Shown: positions 1 to 9,564 of the stretch, one piece after another
How positions within the stretch are numbered: position 1 is the stretch's first letter
Layout: each line of letters starts with the position of its first letter
From: Rickettsiales bacterium
GTDB lineage: Bacteria > Pseudomonadota > Alphaproteobacteria > Rickettsiales > UBA998
Assembly: GCA_046348685.1 (NCBI GenBank)
Contig: JAXMDT010000004.1
Location: 128,473-192,472 of the forward strand
Direction: 5' to 3'
DNA: 64,000 nt
Program-made: the position numbers and the translations under genes
The notes under the pieces: generated by a model
Databases searched by the model: none
Told to the model about the DNA's origin: nothing
Seen by the model: only the letters and a program-made list of their open reading frames with translations

Positions 1-1218
1 CGCTCTTTTGCGGTAGGTGCGTTCAATATAGCTGATAACACGTTCCTGGAATTCTTCCGCGATATGATCGCCCCGCAGGATGGCCGTGCGTACACCATCT
101 TCGAAAACCGGTGCGATAGGGGATTCACCGGTACCGGGTAGGGAAATACCGATATTGGCGTGCTTGCTTTCACCCGGCCCATTCACAATACAGCCCATCA
201 CAGCCACATTCATGGTTTCCACGCCTTCGTACATATTTTTCCATTGCGGCATAGAAGACGAAAGAAAGGTTTGAATCGTATCTGCCAGTTCCTGGAAATA
301 GGTGCTGGTGGTGCGGCCGCAGCCGGGACATGCCGTTACCTGGGGCGTGAAAGAGCGAATATCGAGCGATTGCAAAATCTGCTTGGCGACATTGACTTCC
401 TCAGTGCGCGGTTCGTTGGGACGCGGAGTGAGCGATACGCGAATCGTATCCCCGATGCCTTCTTGCAAAAGCACGCTGAGCGCCGCAGTGGATGAAACAA
501 CACCTTTAGCGCCCATGCCAGCTTCGGTGAGACCTAAATGCAGAGGATATGTGCAGCGCGATGCCATGGCGCGGTAAACTGCAATCAGATCTTGGACTTT
601 GCTTACTTTGGCCGACAGAATGATACGATTCGCTGGCAGACCGATATTTTCGGCTAAATGCGCGCTTTCGATTGCGGATACGACAAGTGCCTCGCGTCCC
701 ACCTCATCAGCTGATTTTGGTTCAGACAAAGCGGCATTTTCTTCCATCAGCCGTCCGAGCAGCGCCTGGTCCATGCTTCCCCAGTTGACGCCGATGCGCA
801 CCGGCTTGTTATTGAGAATGGCCTGTTCGACGATTTCGGCAAACTGCTTATCGTGTTTTTCGCCGAAACCGACATTGCCAGGATTGATGCGGTATTTATC
901 GAGCGCCTTTGCCATTTCTGGATAGGATGCAAGCAGGCGGTGGCCATTGTAATGAAAATCGCCGACAAGCGGCGTGGTGCAGTTTGCTTTCTCCAATGCT
1001 TCGTGAATAGCGGGAACGGCTTTTGCCGACGCGTCGTTATTTACGGTAATGCGTACCAGCTCCGAGCCGGCCTCGGCTAGTTCAATCACTTGCGCTGCGG
1101 TAGATGCGACATCAGCGGTATCAGTATTCGTCATCGATTGCACGGCGACCGGAGCAGCGGAGCCAACGACAACGGAGCCAATATGAACATTATGGGTATT
1201 ACGGCGAGTGGAAATCAT
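1..1218 (-). CDS. ispG: 4-hydroxy-3-methylbut-2-enyl-diphosphate synthase IspG (GcpE); C-terminal end leaves the window
   Basis: Own translation of the minus strand from ATG 1218-1216 gives [34 protein letters not shown]. Further on it gives [12 protein letters not shown] and [10 protein letters not shown], the IspG Fe-S Cys motifs. The frame is open to position 1, so it is absent from the ORF track. Plus-strand ORFs 80-1382 are antisense shadows. Confidence 0.9.
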   Translation of the reverse strand, partial: MISTRRNTHNVHIGSVVVGSAAPVAVQSMTNTDTADVASTAAQVIELAEAGSELVRITVNNDASAKAVPAIHEALEKANCTTPLVGDFHYNGHRLLASYPEMAKALDKYRINPGNVGFGEKHDKQFAEIVEQAILNNKPVRIGVNWGSMDQALLGRLMEENAALSEPKSADEVGREALVVSAIESAHLAENIGLPANRIILSAKVSKVQDLIAVYRAMASRCTYPLHLGLTEAGMGAKGVVSSTAALSVLLQEGIGDTIRVSLTPRPNEPRTEEVNVAKQILQSLDIRSFTPQVTACPGCGRTTSTYFQELADTIQTFLSSSMPQWKNMYEGVETMNVAVMGCIVNGPGESKHANIGISLPGTGESPIAPVFEDGVRTAILRGDHIAEEFQERVISYIERTYRKRA

Positions 1219-1246
1219 ATCAAATCATCGCGAAAACGCGCAGAAA

Positions 1247-1846
1247 TCAGCGATTTAGATACCATGTCCGTTCAGGATCGGCAAGGGTAAGGATGGTTGG
1301 AAGCGGTCTTTTTTCCAGCCAGGATTTCTCTTCGGCGGACATGCAGCGCACCGTAATGCGCTGGGGGAAAGAAAAGCAGTAAGCCAGTGATTGACGGGCA
1401 TATTCTGGCGTCAGGTACGCTTGAAGATAGCCAGGCATCTGACGAATCTCAGACGTTTTGGGCATCTGGCGCTGATTGTCTTTGGCAAGATAGGCAACAG
1501 CTGCAAATGCCGCTATAGCCACCAGTACCATAGTAATGCCACGCATAGAAGATTGCCGGCGATAGCCGCTCGCACGATGCTGCGGATCAGGGAGCGCTTT
1601 GGCAAAGGACTCAAGTTTTGCCAGGTCAACCTTCAGATAATCAGCCAGCATGCGGACATAACCCCGGGTATAAACATCGCCTGGAAGATTGGAAAGCTCG
1701 CCCGCTTCGATGGCCTGCAAATGGTTCTTGCGAATTTTGAGGTCACGGCAAACCTGCTCGGCCGGAAGATGCAGAGATTCGCGTGCTTCTTTCAGCATCT
1801 GCCCGATTGTTTTATAATCGAGATTTTCTTTAGCCGCTGTTATCAA
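1247..1846 (-). CDS. RodZ-like HTH membrane protein
   Basis: 199 aa. N-terminal XRE/HTH_25-type helix-turn-helix (TIGQMLKEARESLHLPAEQVCRDLKIRKNHLQAIE) and one TM helix (ITMVLVAIAAFAAVAYL). Sits directly upstream of ispG, the usual rodZ position. Confidence 0.7.
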   Translation of the reverse strand: MITAAKENLDYKTIGQMLKEARESLHLPAEQVCRDLKIRKNHLQAIEAGELSNLPGDVYTRGYVRMLADYLKVDLAKLESFAKALPDPQHRASGYRRQSSMRGITMVLVAIAAFAAVAYLAKDNQRQMPKTSEIRQMPGYLQAYLTPEYARQSLAYCFSFPQRITVRCMSAEEKSWLEKRPLPTILTLADPERTWYLNR

Positions 1847-4128
1847 ATGATGGTCACTCCATGATCGCTTGCATAAGCGTGAAGGAACGAACGCATCGAA
1901 CCGGAACGCATCTGCATACGGTAGTCTAATGTATGCTTAAGATGCGCGAGGTCAAGGCTGCGTATCATCGCCTTCAGCGGGCCGATCACGGGTGGGGGTA
2001 CGGAAAGAGAGCGGATTCCTGCGGCTAGCAGCGCCATCGCTTCCAGCGGACGCGTCGCCATGTCACCGCAAAAACCAAGCGGCACATTCGCATTTTTGCA
2101 ACGCTCCGCTACCTGAGACAGAACCCGGATGACGATTGAATCCAGAGTATCGTAGCGGTCGGCAACTTCCTCGTTGCAGCGGTCGGCGGCAAATAAATAC
2201 TGCAGCAGGTCGTTACTGCCGATGGAAAGAAAATCGACTTCCTTAAGCAGCACATCGAGATCGAACAGCAGGGATGGGATTTCCAGCATAGCGCCGACTT
2301 TGATCGATTTCGGCAAAGGAAATTTGTTTAGTGCAAAGCGTTCCTGCTCCTGTATCAGCAGGGATTTTGCATTCTGAAATTCCTTTACGGTGGCGATCAT
2401 CGGAAACATGACATGAAGTGTTTCACCTGCCGCCGCGCTGAGTAAAGCCTGAAACTGATCTTTTAATAATTTTGGGCGGTCAAGCCCGATACGGGTCGCG
2501 CGCCAACCGAGCGCCGGATTTTGCTCCGCCGGCAAATGGAAATACGGCACTTGCTTGTCGCCGCCTATATCGAATGTACGGAAAATAACCGGTTTTCCAT
2601 ACGCATGTTTGATAACGCCATAGTAAATTTTCGCTTGCTCATCCACGCCTGGAAAACGCGTAGCGGTAAGGTAGGGAAGTTCGGTACGGTAAAGGCCGAT
2701 GCCGTCAATATCTTTGGCCGTCAACAGCGGTGCATCCAGTGTCAGGCCGATGTTGAGATGCATGGCGATGCTAACCCCGTCCTTTGTTTCGGTAGGCAGA
2801 TGCTTCATCGCTTCACGAAGCTCGACGCGCTTTTGGCGCTTTTCAATCTGCATGTTGACGCCCAGCATCATATCATCGGGCGGATTAATACTGACTTCAC
2901 CGTGATCGCCGTCAACGACGACATCATCCCCAGCGCGAATGATTTCCGTTGCATTCCAGACGCCGCCAATGACCGGTACGTCAAGCATTTTGGCGATAAT
3001 GGCAATATGCGATGCAGCTGAGCCTTCTTCTAAAATAACGCCTTTGACACGGCGATGCCCGTATTCCAGCAGTTCGCCGGGACCCAGCGTCCGTGCAACT
3101 AAAATGAAGTCATTAGGAAGCGCGCCTTCCATGGCGGTAACTGCCGTGCCGGAAAGATGCGCAAGCACGCGCGAGGAAATATCTTCAATATCTTCGATGC
3201 GCTGGCGTATATGCGGATTTGCTACTTTACTCAGACGTGCGTGCAGGTCTTCATACACTTTTTTAACGGAGGCTTCCGCCGTGAAACCGGACTTAATGCG
3301 CTCGGTAATACGCCGCATCCAGCCTTGATCGTAGAGAAACATGCGGTACGTTTCGAGGATATCGCTATATGCGCCGGCATCACCTAACTCCGCTTCGGAA
3401 ATCAACTGATCAATTTGCGATCGTGTAGCATCGAGCGCATCGTGCAGGCGTTTTTCCTCAAGTGCGGTGTTTTCGGTAACCAAACGTGTTACTGCGACAT
3501 ATGGGCGGTGAAGCACAGCAGGCGCACGCGCAACACCCGGCGCGATGCGGTGCGCATGAAACGTATGGGTGAGCGGCGTTTCGCTTTTCTCGCGCAATAA
3601 GGCCTGGCGGTCTACCAGTTGCTGACCGACGGCAAGTTCGGCCAGCACCATGGCGATCGTTTCCAGCACTTCCACTTCTTCTTCGGAATAAGTGCGTGCC
3701 GCAATGCTCTGCACGACAAGGACGCCGATCACTTCGTCACTGGCACGAATCGGAACGCCAACGAAGGAATGATAAATCTCTTCACCCGTCTCCGGGCGGT
3801 AGACGAACTTGGGATGGCTGGCTGCTTCGGCGAGATTTAAGGTTTTGCCGGTTGCAGCGATATCACCAACCAAGCCCTGGCCGATAAGCAGGCGCGTATA
3901 GTGAATGGCGGAAGGATTCAAACCGGCGGATGTGACGAGTTCTAAAACCTGGCCAGGGCGAATAAGATAGATTGAACAAACTTCCGAATGCATTTGCTCG
4001 GCAATTTTCCGAACCAGGCGATCCAGCTTGCTCTGCGTGCCATCGCCACCAGCCATGATTTCGCGCAGATGACGCAGCAAAACCAGAGGGGAAGGGGCGT
4101 CGTGCTGTATCGCCTTCCGTTCAGCCAT
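1843..4128 (-). CDS. ptsP: PEP-protein phosphotransferase, nitrogen-PTS enzyme I (GAF + EI domains)
   Basis: 761 aa, ATG at 4128. N-terminal GAF-like sensor region, phospho-His region GSAASHIAIIAKML, and PEP-utilising C-terminus FLSIGSNDLLQY. 4-nt overlap with the downstream gene. Confidence 0.92.
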   Translation of the reverse strand: MAERKAIQHDAPSPLVLLRHLREIMAGGDGTQSKLDRLVRKIAEQMHSEVCSIYLIRPGQVLELVTSAGLNPSAIHYTRLLIGQGLVGDIAATGKTLNLAEAASHPKFVYRPETGEEIYHSFVGVPIRASDEVIGVLVVQSIAARTYSEEEVEVLETIAMVLAELAVGQQLVDRQALLREKSETPLTHTFHAHRIAPGVARAPAVLHRPYVAVTRLVTENTALEEKRLHDALDATRSQIDQLISEAELGDAGAYSDILETYRMFLYDQGWMRRITERIKSGFTAEASVKKVYEDLHARLSKVANPHIRQRIEDIEDISSRVLAHLSGTAVTAMEGALPNDFILVARTLGPGELLEYGHRRVKGVILEEGSAASHIAIIAKMLDVPVIGGVWNATEIIRAGDDVVVDGDHGEVSINPPDDMMLGVNMQIEKRQKRVELREAMKHLPTETKDGVSIAMHLNIGLTLDAPLLTAKDIDGIGLYRTELPYLTATRFPGVDEQAKIYYGVIKHAYGKPVIFRTFDIGGDKQVPYFHLPAEQNPALGWRATRIGLDRPKLLKDQFQALLSAAAGETLHVMFPMIATVKEFQNAKSLLIQEQERFALNKFPLPKSIKVGAMLEIPSLLFDLDVLLKEVDFLSIGSNDLLQYLFAADRCNEEVADRYDTLDSIVIRVLSQVAERCKNANVPLGFCGDMATRPLEAMALLAAGIRSLSVPPPVIGPLKAMIRSLDLAHLKHTLDYRMQMRSGSMRSFLHAYASDHGVTII

Positions 4129-4280
4129 AGTGCATATCCCGGGGTTGTTGCCTTATTGTAAGGAAATGCCCTGAAAAGTCCAGAAACTAAGGTGATGCAG
4201 CGCAATAAAAAAGGGCTGGTTTGGCATGGCTTTCGCATGATGCCATGCGTTTATCGCATGGCTGCTGAGCCTAAAAAAAT

Positions 4281-5282
4281 TTATTTGAATTTCGCTAAAA
4301 ATGCCCCGGCTTCAGAAACAAGCTCGTCGATAATTTCCTGCATCGGCTGGATTTTATCGACAAGTCCCACGCTTTGACCCGCCATAACGGATCCATTCTC
4401 AATATCACCATCGACAACGGCTTTGCGAAGAGCACCTGCCCAATAATGTTCAATTTTGAGTTGGGCATCTTTTTTTTCCAGTTTGCCGGATTTGAATTCG
4501 GCGATGACTTCATGCTGGAAACGGGTGAAATCTTCGGTTGCCTTATTCATGATGGCGCGTACGGGAATGACCGGGAAATCGGGGTCAACTTGTACGGATG
4601 GCATTGCATTGCGCGCGGCGCTTCTGATGAAAAGGTTTTTAAAGTTCTGGTGCGCGATACATTCCGTTGCACAGACAAAACGTGTACCGAGCTGTACGCC
4701 CGCGGCGCCCATCATTAGGTAGGTGGCGATCTGATTACCGCGGCCAATGCCACCCGCCACAAACACGGGAACATCCGTGATCGTGGGCAAAATTTCCTGC
4801 GCGAGGACGGAAGTGGATACCGGGCCGATATGTCCGCCTGCTTCGGAGCCTTCGATCACAAGCGCGTCCGCCCCCATCTTGATCAGTTTTTTGCCAATAC
4901 CGGCTGCAGGGGCAAAGCCAATCACTTTACAGCCACCTGCTTTCAAAGCTTCGATCGTTGGGCCTTTTGGAATGCCCCCAGCCAGAACGACATGTGAAAC
5001 CTTTTGGCGTACGCAGACGGTAACCAATTCATCCAGTTTCGGATGCATGATGATGAGATTTACGCCAAAAGGCTTTTGCGTAAGCGCACGCGTGGCAATA
5101 ATTTCCGCCTCCAGCATTTCCGGCGGCATCGAACCGCAAGCAAGTACGCCAAAACCGCCGCTATTGGAAAGTGCGGAGACGAGATTGCGCTCGGAAACCC
5201 ACGTCATAGCACCGCCCATAATGGCATACTTGGTGCCTAGGAAATCCGTACCGCGTTTCCAGAGGGAATCTAACTTTGTCAC
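4281..5282 (-). CDS. FMN oxidoreductase of the nitronate monooxygenase / FabK (enoyl-ACP reductase II) family
   Basis: 333 aa. TIM-barrel motifs IMGGAMTWVS, EGSEAGGHIG, VFVAGGIGRG, GAAGVQLGTRF. The substrate cannot be assigned from sequence. Confidence 0.8.
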   Translation of the reverse strand: MTKLDSLWKRGTDFLGTKYAIMGGAMTWVSERNLVSALSNSGGFGVLACGSMPPEMLEAEIIATRALTQKPFGVNLIIMHPKLDELVTVCVRQKVSHVVLAGGIPKGPTIEALKAGGCKVIGFAPAAGIGKKLIKMGADALVIEGSEAGGHIGPVSTSVLAQEILPTITDVPVFVAGGIGRGNQIATYLMMGAAGVQLGTRFVCATECIAHQNFKNLFIRSAARNAMPSVQVDPDFPVIPVRAIMNKATEDFTRFQHEVIAEFKSGKLEKKDAQLKIEHYWAGALRKAVVDGDIENGSVMAGQSVGLVDKIQPMQEIIDELVSEAGAFLAKFK

Positions 5283-5285
5283 AAA

Positions 5286-6527
5286 CTAACCTTTTTCAAC
5301 AACGGCGTCGAGTCCATAGGCAGTGTGTAGAGCACGCAGCGCCAGTTCGATGTACGCTTCTTCAATCAACACGCTGACTTTGATCTCCGAGGTAGAGATC
5401 ACGATGATATTGATGTTCTTTGCAGCAAGCGTTTTGAAAAGTTCCTGAGCGACACCTGCATGACTCCGCATGCCAACGCCAATGATAGAAAGTTTTGCCA
5501 CATTTTTATCAGTGTGAATCGATTTGCAGCCGATTTCTTTTTTTACCGATTCCAATACCTTCATGGTGCGGTCAAAATCCGTGCGGCTGACGGTAAAGGT
5601 CATATCTGTCTGCTTGCCGTCTGGCGTGACGTTCTGAACAATCATATCGACATTGATATTCGCTTCTGCCAGTGGACCAAAAATGGCTGCCGAAATGCCG
5701 GGGCGATCGGCGACTTCCGATAAGGTGATCCTTGCCTCATCACGGCTGTAGGCGATGCCGGTGACACGTTGCTTTTCCACGATATCCTCCTCTGGGACGA
5801 GCAGGGTGCCGGGCTTATCCTCAAAGGAGGAAAGCACCTGCACCTTTACATGATGGTTCATTGCGAGTTCAACGGAGCGCGTCTGCAATACTTTTGCTCC
5901 TAAAGACGCCATCTCCAGCATTTCTTCGTATGAGATAACATCAAGTTTTCTGGCTGCGGTAACGATGCGTGGATCGCAGGTATAAACCCCATCTACGTCG
6001 GTATAGATATCGCAGCGTTCCGCTTTAAAGGCAGCGGCAATGGCAACGGCGGACGTATCCGATCCACCTCGTCCTAACGTGACGACGCGGCCATCTTCCG
6101 TGATGCCTTGGAAGCCGGTGATGACAGCGACATGGCCACTATCCAGCGCTTTCTTTACATTTTCGGTTTCAATACGCTCAATGCGTGCTTTGCTGAAGGC
6201 ATCGCTGGCAATGATCGGCAATTGCCATCCGGCAAAACCTCGCGCTTTGAGTCCAATCTCCTGAATGCGCAAAGCAAGAAGACCGGCTGTAATTTGTTCG
6301 CCGGAGGAAATCGTGAGATCTGCATTGGCGAGTTTTTCGTTCTCATCAAGTGAGGATAGTTCAGACGCAAATGCGACGAGTTGGTTTGTAACACCCGCCA
6401 TCGCCGAAGGGACAACAATTACCTGATTTCCCTTTTTAACTTCATGCGACACCTTCTCGGCCACATTCGCAATACGCTGCGTGTCGCCGACCGAGGTTCC
6501 ACCAAATTTCATGACAATCAGGGCCAT
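5286..6527 (-). CDS. lysC: aspartate kinase
   Basis: 413 aa. MALIVMKFGGTSVGD aspartokinase N-terminus, GRGGSDTSAVAIAA motif, C-terminal ACT-like repeats. ATG at 6527. Confidence 0.93.
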   Translation of the reverse strand: MALIVMKFGGTSVGDTQRIANVAEKVSHEVKKGNQVIVVPSAMAGVTNQLVAFASELSSLDENEKLANADLTISSGEQITAGLLALRIQEIGLKARGFAGWQLPIIASDAFSKARIERIETENVKKALDSGHVAVITGFQGITEDGRVVTLGRGGSDTSAVAIAAAFKAERCDIYTDVDGVYTCDPRIVTAARKLDVISYEEMLEMASLGAKVLQTRSVELAMNHHVKVQVLSSFEDKPGTLLVPEEDIVEKQRVTGIAYSRDEARITLSEVADRPGISAAIFGPLAEANINVDMIVQNVTPDGKQTDMTFTVSRTDFDRTMKVLESVKKEIGCKSIHTDKNVAKLSIIGVGMRSHAGVAQELFKTLAAKNINIIVISTSEIKVSVLIEEAYIELALRALHTAYGLDAVVEKG

Positions 6528-6572
6528 AGAGCGGTTTTCTTACGGGGAACGCATTGAAAGTGCAAGACTTTA

Positions 6573-8054
6573 TTAAGTTAGCCGCCGGATTTGATGTTGA
6601 TTGACCTGACGCTCGCGCAGCCAGTTGAAATATTGCGTAAGGCTGTCCACCTGGTCATCGTGCGGCACATGCGGGAAACTGAGCAACTCCGTTTCAAAAT
6701 CAGTGAGCCACGGCGCCTGTTTCGGTAAATGAAGGCGGCCTGCTTCGATCATAGCGGTGATCGCCGCAAAGCGGGTGAGCTTATCGCTCTTCGGATTGCG
6801 TGCCACCAGCGGCAGGTTCGTTTCGCGCTTTAAATCCTGCAGGAGGGATTGGCCGCTCGCTTTGTCTTCAATCAACACGCTATTCACGTCCCAGCGCGCC
6901 GCTTGTTCAATGACCGTGCGTTTCAGTTCAGGATATTCGGCACGCAGGCTGAGTACATCAATAATATAATGGTTATGTTCATACTCGCCGAAAGTAATGC
7001 AGACGCTGGCATCGTTTTTCGCTTCCGCTTTGATCGCCGTATCCCAACTTTGCACTACGCGTGTGAATGTCTCCGGCAGGCGGTCATACCGTTGCAGCCA
7101 GTGCGAAGAAAGCATCGCGCTATCGGTGTGTAGCGGCTCCTGCTGATACTGCGCGGCAAAGGCGAAACTGCCAAGGTCATTTTTTGCACGCTCGATCAAT
7201 GCCATATCTTCACGTTCCGTATGTAACGGCTCGCCAGCGTGTCGCGTTTTTAGTAATAGATCGCCGAGGTAAATAGAGTGCTGCGTTTCGGCAATGGCAG
7301 GGAGTTTTAATTGTTCCCAGCCACCTTTTGCCAGTAAATGGCCGGATAAATCCTCCGGATGCAGCCGCTGCATGACGACGACAATGCGCCCCGTTTTCTT
7401 ATTGTTGAGTCGGGTGGAAAATGTTTGGTCGAACCAGTTATTCGCATGATCGCGCCGCGTTTTCGACATTGCCTGCGAGGGATTCAGAGGGTCATCAACG
7501 ATCAAAATGTCGCCGCCTTCGCCCGTCGCCGTGCCGCCGACGGAGGTGGCGAACCGAAAGCCGCGTGCGGTTGTGACGAATTTATGTTTCTGGTTTTCGC
7601 CGCGCTCGATCATGCATTCCGGAAAATGCGCCTTGAAACGATCGGAAGAAACAATCAACCGTGTATCAAGTGCATGTTTCAAGCTTAGCGTGGTGGAGTA
7701 ACTTGCAGCCATGATGCGCGTTTTCGGGTCGTTGCCGAGCAACCACGCTGGCCATGCTACCGTGACGCACACTGACTTCAAGGTACGGGGTGGCATATTG
7801 ATAACCAGACGCGTAATTTTAGATTCGCGTGCCGCTTCCAGATACTCAGCAATTGCGTCAATGTGCCAGTTGGGGAGGTAGTCGGCACCGGGATTTACAA
7901 CCTCAAAACTTTGGCGAATAAAATTAGAAAAAGTAAGTTTATTATTTATGTACAGACTGTTGTCGGATTTATCGAAAATCTGGAATGTCATTAGCTTAGC
8001 GTATGATGTTATGAATAGACCTGGAAGTGGGAAACGATAGTAAATCAACGTCAA
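6573..8054 (-). CDS. phage terminase large-subunit-like protein, solitary
   Basis: 493 aa. ATPase-like N-domain with P-loop region INMPPRTLKS and Walker-B-like GGDILIVDDPLNP. C-terminal nuclease-like end is FPHVPHDDQVDSLTQ. The first 21 codons of the called ORF are AT-rich, so a start at the second Met (7991) is plausible. Confidence 0.75.
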   Translation of the reverse strand: MTLIYYRFPLPGLFITSYAKLMTFQIFDKSDNSLYINNKLTFSNFIRQSFEVVNPGADYLPNWHIDAIAEYLEAARESKITRLVINMPPRTLKSVCVTVAWPAWLLGNDPKTRIMAASYSTTLSLKHALDTRLIVSSDRFKAHFPECMIERGENQKHKFVTTARGFRFATSVGGTATGEGGDILIVDDPLNPSQAMSKTRRDHANNWFDQTFSTRLNNKKTGRIVVVMQRLHPEDLSGHLLAKGGWEQLKLPAIAETQHSIYLGDLLLKTRHAGEPLHTEREDMALIERAKNDLGSFAFAAQYQQEPLHTDSAMLSSHWLQRYDRLPETFTRVVQSWDTAIKAEAKNDASVCITFGEYEHNHYIIDVLSLRAEYPELKRTVIEQAARWDVNSVLIEDKASGQSLLQDLKRETNLPLVARNPKSDKLTRFAAITAMIEAGRLHLPKQAPWLTDFETELLSFPHVPHDDQVDSLTQYFNWLRERQVNQHQIRRLT

Positions 8055-8073
8055 AATTTGATATATTCATTCA

Positions 8074-9057
8074 ATGGAAACTATCCCTCAAAGATTTCAC
8101 GCGGCCCGGCATATCGGTGAAAAAATAAAAGTATTGGGTGATTACATGTGGCTAAAGCATGGTGAACTACAAAGAATTACAGGCCTAAGTTATTCGGTTT
8201 ATAGCGATGTTGTCTCAAAAGGCTTTGAGAGAAATAAAGAATATGTATTGAATTCAATATTAAAAATTGCGGATGAGGTTGAGAAATTTGAAGCTCGCGA
8301 AGGTTTTCATTGGTTTAGGGGAGAAGTGAAGCAAAGCTTCCTTAATGAAGCACGCAGAGAATTTTATAATGCACGATGGGCATATTCTAAAAGTGCAAAA
8401 GAGCTTATTCACACCGCAATGGAGTATGCCCGCGATACACGGATAGACCTCGTCATTAAATCGCGCATACCTGAAACTACGTTGCAGCAACTTGAGGCAG
8501 TGGTAAATGATGATGCTGTAGCGCAAGGCAATTCCGATGTGATACTCAAACTCGCAAATTATTTTAAAGAAACGTCACCTGAGTGGTTTGATAGCGAAAA
8601 ATATCGGTTTTTCGTTGGGAGTTTTTTTGGAGGCCATAGTAAAATTCCAGATGTATTTCGTATTGAAAAATTTCCAGAAAAGCCTGCCACCGTCATTGAC
8701 ACAAATACGGTCGAGCCCAATCATATACAAAATCACATTCGAGACGAGATAACGTATCGTTATAATTTTCTACAAAATCATATGCCCTATGGCCATGCAT
8801 CGCTTATGGTAGATTTACGCGCATCAAAAGTGCCAGGCTTGCGTGACTGGACTTATGCAGAGACGAAAAATATTTTCGAAGCTGGAACAGAAATCACCCT
8901 TACGCTTTTAAAGGCATTGGATAAAGTTTTTACAAGACGCGTTGCTGAAGTAAAATTTGTGCCTGTTGGACGTCGCCCTACAGGCAGCTTGGAAGAAAAA
9001 TATGGGGACTTAGTGCGGGACGATACATCCTTGAAAACTCCATCCCGACGCAAATAA
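8074..9057 (+). CDS. hypothetical protein with three degenerate HTH-like segments
   Basis: 327-aa ORF, visibly lower G+C than its neighbours. HTH-like stretches are ELQRITGLSYSVYSDVVSKG, SRIPETTLQQLEAVVNDD and TEITLTLLKALDKVF. Followed by a perfect hairpin terminator. No family recognised. Confidence 0.55.
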   Translation: METIPQRFHAARHIGEKIKVLGDYMWLKHGELQRITGLSYSVYSDVVSKGFERNKEYVLNSILKIADEVEKFEAREGFHWFRGEVKQSFLNEARREFYNARWAYSKSAKELIHTAMEYARDTRIDLVIKSRIPETTLQQLEAVVNDDAVAQGNSDVILKLANYFKETSPEWFDSEKYRFFVGSFFGGHSKIPDVFRIEKFPEKPATVIDTNTVEPNHIQNHIRDEITYRYNFLQNHMPYGHASLMVDLRASKVPGLRDWTYAETKNIFEAGTEITLTLLKALDKVFTRRVAEVKFVPVGRRPTGSLEEKYGDLVRDDTSLKTPSRRK

Positions 9058-9060
9058 AAA

Positions 9061-9084
9061 GCCGGCCTTGTTTCCAAGGCCGGC
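9061..9084. terminator. bidirectional rho-independent terminator hairpin between convergent genes
   Basis: GCCGGCCTTG-tttc-CAAGGCCGGC, a perfect 10-bp stem with a 4-nt loop. An A-run lies on the left (T-run for the minus-strand mucR transcript) and a T-rich tract on the right. Confidence 0.8.
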
Positions 9085-9108
9085 TTCGTTCCCTCTTTGT
9101 AAATCCAG

Positions 9109-9564
9109 TTAAGCAGCGCGCTTTGTTTTAGCGAGCGCGTTATGTTTTCTTTCCTGCGCGGATTTTTTGCCCAGGCCGATTTGTTTTGCCAGCGAGCTAC
9201 GCTTTTTAGCATAGTTCGGAGCAACCATCGGGTAGGTTGCAGGTAAACCCCAGCGGCGTTTGTATTCTTCCGGGGTCATGTTGTAATTCGTTTTCAGGTA
9301 GCGCTTTAACATTTTCAGCTTTTTACCGTCTTCCAGGCAGACAATGTAATCCGGAGTAATGGAGGATTTTACATCTACGACCGGCTTCAGGCTGTTGCCG
9401 CGGTTGTCCTGTCCCAGTGTATTTACCGCCGAGAATACGCGTTGAATCAGCGTATCCAGCTGCTCAACTTCAACCTTGTGGTTCAGCAGGTACGACGACA
9501 CGATATCGGCGGTTGCGCCCAATATCGGGTTTTCATTGGTGTTATCTTCTTTCTTCGTTGCCAT
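9109..9564 (-). CDS. mucR: Ros/MucR family transcriptional regulator, zinc-ligand-deficient variant
   Basis: C-terminal IVCLEDGKKLKMLKRYLKTNYNMTPEEYKRRWGLPATYPMVAPNYAKKRSSLAKQIGLG aligns by eye to the Ros motif [43 protein letters not shown]. The ORF caller starts at TTG 9576. ATG 9564 has a GGAG 7 nt upstream and is preferred. Confidence 0.88.
   Translation of the reverse strand: MATKKEDNTNENPILGATADIVSSYLLNHKVEVEQLDTLIQRVFSAVNTLGQDNRGNSLKPVVDVKSSITPDYIVCLEDGKKLKMLKRYLKTNYNMTPEEYKRRWGLPATYPMVAPNYAKKRSSLAKQIGLGKKSAQERKHNALAKTKRAA

Noticed and set aside
80-1382. Several plus-strand ORFs of 64-111 aa at the start of the window
   Set aside because: They lie antisense to a clearly recognisable ispG reading frame that is open to the window edge. 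Their translations are Arg/Ser/Ala-rich with no motifs.
4129-4280. Nested short hairpins (TGGCAT...ATGCCA, CATGCG...CGCATG) between the NMO/FabK-like gene and ptsP as a possible terminator or regulatory RNA
   Set aside because: The stems are only 5-7 bp. The T-run on the minus strand is separated from the stems by about 10 nt. It cannot be distinguished from chance structure without folding energies or conservation.
6573-9057. Prophage or gene-transfer-agent remnant
   Set aside because: Only a terminase-like gene is present. There is no portal, protease, capsid, tail, integrase, tRNA target or flanking direct repeats, so it is reported as an orphan gene rather than a mobile element.
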